A DNA stretch of 63,820 nt, counting the filler, from Cercozoa sp. M6MM (taxonomy: Eukaryota; Protista; Endomyxa: Ascetosporea): the NCBI GenBank assembly GCA_040357565.1. It is 10 parts of 10 records of this genome, joined end to end, with 100 filler letters (N's around TTAATTAATTAA, not from the genome) between each part and the next. Parts side by side here need not be neighbours in the genome. Positions count along the whole stretch, not along the records: positions 42,649 to 58,081 come from JBDODJ010000307.1; positions 58,182 to 62,134 come from JBDODJ010001262.1; positions 62,235 to 63,820 come from JBDODJ010001985.1; 7 more parts are not named here. One strand, 5' to 3'. The position numbers and the translations under genes were made by a program. The notes beneath the pieces are model-generated. The model did no database searches, had not been told where the DNA came from, and worked only from the letters and a program-made list of their open reading frames with translations. This document shows positions 56,156 to 63,820 of this stretch, in pieces. Each line of letters opens with the position of its first letter. The first letter of the stretch is position 1.

Positions 56156-57760
56156 ATGCGTGTGCTTGTAGTGGGTGGCGGGATTAGCGGTCTCGCGTAC
56201 GCACATGCGCTGAAGCGCATGTCGCCGAGTGTGTCGGTGACTCTGTGCGAGGCGCGTGAGTGCGGCGGCTGGATTCGCACGCGCACGGATTTGTTTGGTG
56301 AGGTACTAGGGCTGTTTGTCTTATTTACCACTCCTGCAGCTTTCGGAGGAAGTGTGTGGCACAGGAGCACGCCGATGCGGCGATGGAGATGGGTCCGCGC
56401 GCCTTGCGTCCGCAGGGAGAGCCGTTCCTGGCCATGCTGGGACACCTGGTGCGTCTCTAAATGACAGAGTGACTGGTTGACTGAGTGACGGTGGGGTTTG
56501 GTACGATTTGACACGTGCCAACTGGGTCAACTCTGGCAGGGACTGGTGGGCGAAACCGTGCTGATGCCGGTGGCGCAGACGCCGCGTTTTTACGTACCGA
56601 AACAAGAGGCGTTTGGCTTCTTTGATATGGTAGCTTTGTTCATTTTTACCCCCCCCCCCCCTCCCCTTTACCTCACCCTCACTCGTGTTAGCCCCTGTTA
56701 CTTTTGTTCCCTCGGTGAAACAGATGCAGATGGGCACGCGCGTGTTGCTGAAACTGGCACGTGCGCGACTGATGGATCAGCAGAGTGAAGCACTGATCGT
56801 GAGTGAGGACGAAACCGTCGCAGACTGGTGCGCACGTGTGTTTGGCTCCGATCGCACCGGTCAGCAGGTGTCGAGTCTCGTGTCCACCATGCTCACCGGC
56901 ATCTTTGCGTACCTGCTCTCTCTCGTTCTGTCCATGCGTACTGTCCATGTGGACCTGTACCTGTCCCTGTCCATGTGTATTGTCCATGTGGTCCTGTACT
57001 TGTCCATGTGTACTGTCCATAGTGGACACGCGGAGACACTGAGTATGCGCGCGTGTCTGCCGCAGATCATGGCGTTTGTGGACCCGCTGAATGCGCCCGA
57101 TCTGTCGGCTTTTGATGCGGTTAGCCCCCTGTTGGGGGGGGGGGGGGCCCCCCTGTTTACCCCCCTGTTTACCCCCTGTTTACCCCCCCCCCCTGTTTAC
57201 TCCCACCTGTGTGTGTGACCCATGTACCCGCAGGCACCTGCAGGGTTCGATCAGTTCAAGGTGACTCCGGGCAGTGCCGCGCACGTGCTGCAGAAGGTAC
57301 CACACACAGTCGAGTGATCGATCACTCAGTCAGTCACTCGATCACTCAGTCACTCAGTCAGAGAGAGACACGTGTCTTTTGTGTGAGCAGCGAATCAAGG
57401 AGAACCATGCACGTCAGGTTTTCTGCCCCCCCTTACCCCTTACCCCTTTACCCCCTGACCCCCTTACCCCCTTACCCCTGACCCCTTTACCCCCCTCCCC
57501 AGATAACGTTCAAAGGCGGCGTGGAGAGACTGGTGAAGTCGCTGCGACACTCGGCGCAGGTGCAAGGCGTCGAAGTCTACGAGCACAGGCCGGTACTGTT
57601 CTGTCTGTCCATTTGTACCGACCCCGGTGTCCATTTGTACCGACTCAGATGTCCATTTGTACCGACTCAGGTGTCCATTTGTACTGATGTATGATAGATC
57701 GAGTCGCTGCAGTTGGGCGGCGACATTCGCAGCGACCTTGGCTCGTTCGATCACGTGTAT
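56156..57760 (+). CDS. PPOX: Protoporphyrinogen oxidase (HemY/PPOX), 3' truncated
   Basis: MRVLVVGGGISGLAYAH..VTLCEA..GGWIRT, EMGPRALRP, DETVADWCARVFG..LVSTMLTGIFA|GHAETLSMRACLP, ITFKGGVERLVKSL. Confidence 0.88.
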
Positions 57761-57761
57761 C

Positions 57762-58081
57762 TTTACCCCTCGCCCTGTTTACCCCCCTGTTTACCCCCCT
57801 GTTTACCCCTCTGTTTATTCCCTCTTTACACCCCTCTTTACTCCCTCTTTACCTCTCTGTTTACCTTCCTGTTTACACGCTGTTTACCCCCCTGTTTACC
57901 CCCCTGTTTACCTTCCTGTTTACACCCCTGTTTACACCCTGTTTACCCTCCTGTTTACCCCCTGTTTACACCCTATTTACCCCCTGTTTACCCTCCTGTT
58001 TACCCCCCTGTTTACACTCCTGTTTACCCTTCTATTTACACCCCTGTTTACTCCCCTGTTTACACCCCTCTTTACACCCCT
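57762..58081 (+). repeat. 12-bp intronic minisatellite, consensus CCCCTGTTTAC(A/C)
   Basis: About 25 degenerate units. Related tracts at 57123-57205 and 62235-62342, and as the reverse complement at 13522-13660. Confidence 0.92.
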
Positions 58082-58181
58082 NNNNNNNNNNNNNNNNNNN
58101 NNNNNNNNNNNNNNNNNNNNNNNNNTTAATTAATTAANNNNNNNNNNNNNNNNNNNNNNNNNNNNNNNNNNNNNNNNNNNN

Positions 58182-61100
58182 TTACCAACTGGAGTCGTTG
58201 ACGCAGGAAGCGTGAGTACCACATCTACAAGGGTGGGGAGGGGGAGGGTAAAAGAGGGGTAGGGGGGCAAAGACACAGCCAACCAGCGTGTGCGGCACGT
58301 GGTCGCCGAAGGGCGTGCCCGTGACCACGAGTCTATGCGTCGACGTCAGTGCACAGGCACGGTGAGCGGCCGCACTGGACACCTGTCAGGTCATTGCAGG
58401 TCGGGTTGGGTCACATCAGGTCATACGTGGGCTAGAAACAAGTAGGAGAGAGGTAGACGGTACCGTGTCATTCTCAGTCGACGGGTCAAAGAACTCGTGC
58501 GCCTCATCAATCACCTATATTTTTCTCTTGTTTCTAAACTGGTATTATCGCAGTAAAATCTTACCACACGCCACCAGTGGAACCACTCCAACGGCAGACC
58601 CAACTGAATCGAACAAATGACCACTTTAAAAATACTGCCCGGACTCAACTGGGACAATTGTACAGATTTCGCCGAGATCGACAGCAGCGACTTTTTCTTG
58701 CTCTTTTTCTCACCTGGAAACGACAAAAGATACTTTAGTGTCGTTTTCTACCCAGCCTCGATTCGTACCAGCAGTCAGAGGTGGCAGGGGCATGGTTTCG
58801 TACAATCGATTGCCCTTCTTGCCGGCCACAAGCGTGGCCTTTACAAAATCAGGTAACTTGGGCTGTTAAACTGAGATATCTCGTACCAGTGAACGTCCTC
58901 CCAGCAGTGCACGTGTCACAATAACGAACTCGGCGTCTACCTGTGTAGCGTAGTGCATGACCCGCGTTTCTCTGAAAAATACAAGAAACTACAAAATGAA
59001 AGCACCAGTTGCTGCACCGAGTAGCCCTTGAGATCGTGCACAGTGCGCAGGAGCACAATCTGCTCCAGCGGTAGCTGCTCGAATTAAACGGAGTAAAGAG
59101 GGATATATATATATATATATATATTAAACGCATGAGGCGAGCAAGGAGAGGGATAGAGAGGGGTATAGAGGGGGTAAGAGAGGGGTTAAGTAGGGATTGT
59201 AAAGAGGGTGAACAAAGCGCTACCTTGGTCTTGGAGGCGACCTCTTGTCGCCACTGAGCGCCAATAGTGTCGGGCACAATGACCAAGGTGGCACCACTCA
59301 GAATGCGACCATTCCTGACCTGCAGACAGCGGTGCGGCCTGTCCTCCTGCTTCTGCACAGAGACATCCGTCACGTCCACGGGAACATAGGGGGGTAAGAC
59401 ACGTGTACCGACTGATACAACGGCAGGTGCGACGATGGATTCGACAGCACCAGCGACGTCACCGTTATCGTCTTGCCCAGACCGACCTTTGCAGGGGGGT
59501 AAGGTAAAGGGGTAGGGGGAAGGGTAAAGGTAAAGGGGTAGGGGGCAAAGGTAAAGGGGTAGGGGGTAAAAGTAAAGGGGCAGGAGGAGGTAACACCTCA
59601 TCGCACAGCAGCGTGCCCTGCATGGTGACCTTGGCACCCGACAGTGCCGACAGTGCGTGCCGTGCCTGCGACGACGTTGTCGCCATCAGCGTGTCCGTCA
59701 AGGGCTCGAACCTACAGAGGAATAGGCGAATAGGGTGTTTATGGGGGTAGGGGTAAACGGAAGCAGAATGTACAGGAATGGCATCTCGACACGGCCACTG
59801 ACATCGTCTGTCTCCGGGTCGTACCTGTCAGGGGGGGGGGGTGAGGGGAAACAGAGGAAGGGGATAGGGGGTAAACACACTTGGGCAACGACGCGCCGTG
59901 ATTAAACGGACGCAGGCACAGTTCGTCCACTGCCGGAGGGGTAAAGAGGTGAGTGAGAGGGTGTAGGGAGTAAGCTAGCCTGTCTAAACCTTGCATGTCA
60001 ATGTCGCGTTTCTCCGCATCGCACAGAAACTTGACCTGTCCGATCACATGATCACGCACCCACTGAAACGGTGTTGTGCAATCGATCAGTGTAGTTTACC
60101 GTGTCACTCTGGTACGAATACAGCTTCAATTTGAGGAGCTTGGCGACATTTTCGGAAACCTGCTGCTTCAGCGCGGGTGCCAGTTCCAGGTCGAGTTTGC
60201 TGCCTGCAAATGTTTAACAAACAGACGCCCCCATAACTAAAATTATTGATATTGACTCTGAACGGTTTGTACCGGCCATTGTGGTGCTCTGACGCAGCAG
60301 AGGCACGTGTTCCTTCTCTAAAGCAAAGCAGCACCGGGCACACATGTCAGAAGGGTCACTTGCTTTTGTTTATCGTTTCTTTTGTACCAACGAGCGAGGT
60401 CGGAATGCGCTTGCGCTGCGACGCCGTGGCATCATGCACCGGCACGTGCCTTAATGAGGGCAAAGAGGTAATGGAGTAGGGGGGGGGGTAAAAGTGCAAC
60501 AAAGTACCGAGTACGACAGGCGTAAATTATCGGCGACAGCACGCTGTACACAAATAACCCAGTTCATTCTAGTCCAGTCTATTCTACAGTCCAGTTTGGT
60601 CCAGTTTGGTCCAGTCCAGTTTCGTACTGGTTCATAAAAAGTACTACCGTGTACGACGCCAGAACACGTGCTCGTGCCAACTGAGAAGCAGACGGAGGGG
60701 TGAAGAGGCGGGGGGGGGATAGGGTAAAGAGGCACCTCAGGAATAGCAGCGCCGCCTGCTTGAGCTTGTCGTCCGCGATGCCAACGGCCTCGTTGTCCGG
60801 GTCGCCACAGAAGGCAAGGATCGCCTCGGTCGACACACCTTGCTGGTGGCTACAGTACAGTCATTTGGACACCCCATTCGCACAGTCCTCTGTACAGTAG
60901 ATTTATACAGTCCATCTGTAAAAACCTACAGTGCATAGACAGCGTGCACTTGCTCCTGCAAGGAAGGTTCAGAGGGAATGAAAAGAAGGGGTAAACGGGT
61001 GAACGGGAGTAAACAGGAGAAAAAGATGGCAACAGGGGGGGGGGGGGGGTAAGAGGTAAAGTATACACGCGACACGCTCTGCTTGAGCGTGATGTCGTTC

Positions 61101-61333
61101 AAGTCGACACCGTGCAACGCCGCCCTGCTCTCAGGTGTCACTCATAGATGATCGTGAATGACCAGTCACAGTGACCACTCAGAGGTGACCCCACGGCATG
61201 ACTGTACCGTCGCAGCGTGCTCTTGTGCCGCTCGAAGTTGTTTTTGAGTTCGACGCGCGACTCGGCACTCGTGCACAACACCGCCTTCAGGAACGCGATC
61301 AGCGCAGCGTCCGACACCTTGGTCTGCACACCG

Positions 61334-61413
<80 letters not shown>

Positions 61414-62080
61414 TCACTCGGCCACTCTGACCATACGCGCGGACGCAGTACCACACAGTTGACTCGCTCCTGCAGCTGCGTCAGCAAGAGTTGGCGCCAC
61501 GCCTCGCACGTGTGCCGCCTAAAACGAGGCATAGGGGACTAACAGGTATGGGAGGGGGCGGGGGTTAACAATACCGTGAGCCAACCTTCGGCACCAGCGA
61601 CCCGCATTCCAACTGAAACACAGCGGGTAGAGATAAACAGGGGAGGGGGTAAGGAGTAACGCACCACCAGAATGACGCTTTGGTCAAAGTGACCGCCAAT
61701 GACGTTCAATGGTGACGCCAGTTGCATCACCTGTCCATCCATACATACCAGTCCAGTACCAATAGTCCAGTCCCAAATACCACATATATACATAGACACG
61801 AGTACATAGACACGGGGACATATGTACCCGATTGGTCGGCGGCAACACCGGTGCTCGATCGCTGTGCAGCAGCACAGTGCTCGACAGGCCCGACAGCGTC
61901 GGCACCACACGGTGGTACTTGGCATCCGGGCTGGTACACGCCGGTTGCTCGTTGTAGCACGCGTGGCCCAGCTGCCGCATCTGCCACTGGTGCACCTTCG
62001 GGTGCACTGCACGGGGGTAGGGTAGATAGGGGTAACAACGAGGATAGGCCTACCATTATAGCTCTCCAATTCGCGACGCA
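58182..62080 (-). CDS. SNF2-family (RAD5/SHPRH-like) helicase, N-terminal ATPase lobe and upstream exons, partial
   Basis: QGTLLCDE|VGLGKTITVTSLV (motif I), ATLVIVPDTIGAQWRQEV (Ia), FHWWRVV..IDEAHEF (II), HRLVVTGTPFG (III). Confidence 0.85.
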
Positions 62081-62351
62081 CTGGGGGGAGGGGTAAGGGG
62101 GTAAACAGGCAAGCTGGAACAGGCAAGCTGGAGCNNNNNNNNNNNNNNNNNNNNNNNNNNNNNNNNNNNNNNNNNNNNTTAATTAATTAANNNNNNNNNN
62201 NNNNNNNNNNNNNNNNNNNNNNNNNNNNNNNNNNTCCCCCTCCTCTTTACCCCCGTTTCCCCCCCTGTTTACCCCCCTGTCTACCCCCTGTTTACCCCCT
62301 TGCTACCATGTCTTTACCCCCTTGTTACCCTCGTGTTACCCTTCTGTGACA

Positions 62352-63083
62352 GTTGCGGACGATAGAAGATCCGTTCGGCTTTTTGGATACGGTATGTTGA
62401 GGATATATGGGGTGTGGGGGGGGGGTCAAGTTGACACAAACTGCAGGTGGTCGATTTGAAGCGAAAACCGTCGTCGCAGCGACATCGATCGGTAGGACGT
62501 GTTTGCCTCCCTTACCTCCTTTACCTTTCTCCCGTATGCAGAGAAGAAAATCAGAGTTCCAAATGTCGCCGCGACTGACACACAAATCTCCCGTACTGCT
62601 TTTGCTATTGAGTTGAGTTGCTTTGAGTTGAGTTGAGTTGCTTTGCTTTGAGTTGCTTTGCTTTGAGTTGCTTTGCTTTGAGTTGAGTTGCTTTGAGTTG
62701 AGTTGCTTTGAGTTGCTTTGCTTTGAGTTGAGTTGCTTTGAGTTGAAAGTTGCGAGCAGACGCTGAGGCGGCAGGTGGCGCCGCCGTCGCTGCCGCCGCT
62801 GCAGCACTTGTCGCCGCCGATGCGTCGCACCAGGCCGTCTGATATGGTTTTACCCCCCCCCCCGCCTCCCTCTCTGTTTACTTCCTGATGTGCAGCCAAT
62901 GCGCGCACCAACGACCGAGCCGCGCGGACGCAGCAGTTCCGACGCGGCGATGCAGCGCGCGCACACGCTGCGCCTCGGCCGCAGTGGCCAGCTGGTGGAC
63001 CCGTTCGCCGAGCTGACACTGGACTCGCCCGACTCACAGCAGCGGCGGCGCCAGCCGCGTCCGCGCTGAAGCACGCGGACTAG
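62352..63083 (+). CDS. 3' exons of an unknown gene (approximate)
   Basis: Short GC-rich exons between GT-AG introns filled with simple repeats. Confidence 0.3.
62605..62746 (+). repeat. Intronic compound pentamer satellite (GAGTT/GCTTT)
   Basis: Direct reading: irregular alternation of GAGTT and GCTTT over ~140 bp. Confidence 0.92.
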
Positions 63084-63820
63084 CGACCGCAAAAATGCCC
63101 CGAGACACCAAAAGTGCACCTATCAGTTTGCCCCCAAGAGAGTGATCCGTGATTTAATGATCTGACACAGCCTCGCCTCTAACGCCAGACAAAGCTTAGT
63201 GCGGCATACTCCAGTCAACACGACTGGCCGATCAAAGGCTGCAAACCAGACTAGTGATCTCACTAGCAGCGATACTATCACGCGTGCTGCAGCAGAGTGT
63301 GCAACGGATTTCTTTAATAAAAAGAAACTGTCCAAAGCTGAAACCGTACAAGGATCATCGGGTGGCTTCGGAGTGTTGGTCGTCTAGCTTGACGTGTGCA
63401 CTCAGCAGCTCGATCCAGCAGGTGCACAGGAGCATGGAACGCGAGCTCTTGGAGCGTCGCGCACGTGGGCGTGTGGTACAGATCAGATTTTTGCCAGAAG
63501 TGCTTTCATGTTTTCGCCTTTGCTTTTTGTCCTTTTTCTCGGTCGGTTTTGCGTCCCCGTACGGTGTCGGTCTGTTTGTACCGCCTCAGTTCTCGGAGGA
63601 CTCGGACGATGTCCCGCCGCCTCCGTCGACTTCACGCCGTGAGCTGTTTTTACTTTTGACTGTTGTTGTTATTTTTGTATTTTTCTGATCACAGCGTCGT
63701 TTTTCTTGTCGGACGAATCCGAGGATGAAAGTATGGACTGGCTTTACCCCCCCCCCATCTTTCTGTTACTCTAGTTTACCCTCTCTTGACCCATTTGCCT
63801 TTTATACCTCCCTTTACCCC

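Noticed and set aside
57762-58081. C-rich tract at a contig end as a telomere
   Set aside because: The unit is a degenerate 12-mer, not a uniform CCCTAA-type repeat. It starts inside a PPOX intron and recurs in internal introns.

Overview
Eukaryotic genomic DNA from a gene-dense, intron-rich microbial eukaryote. It uses the standard code (TAA, TAG and TGA all act as stops) and short GT-AG introns, mostly about 40-110 nt. The window is ten separate contigs joined by artificial 100-nt spacers (N44-TTAATTAATTAA-N44), so adjacency across spacers has no biological meaning. Hand-splicing gives confident models for a Nu/Ure2p-type GST, a TM-RGS protein, a UCP-like carrier, LSM2, eEF2, a Rho GTPase, HAAO, TYW3, PP2A B'', an SLC25A39/40-like carrier, alpha-tubulin, GT64 and GT92-like glycosyltransferases, alpha-carbonic anhydrase, beta-adaptin, a ZIP7-like transporter, an aldo-keto reductase, IFT20, PPOX and two halves of a SNF2 helicase, plus several orphans. 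The most unusual signals are: (1) a 6.2-kb contig bracketed by inverted ~290-bp repeats, each a tRNA 3' end plus a variable spacer plus a conserved ~155-bp block; (2) a sense-strand-biased intronic CCCCTGTTTAC minisatellite shared by unrelated genes; (3) 5' splice sites that mostly lack +4A; (4) an unknown gene family and a hairpin motif duplicated around the GST; (5) an orphan CE-clan/Ulp1-like protease. All gene models were made by eye, with no database searches.
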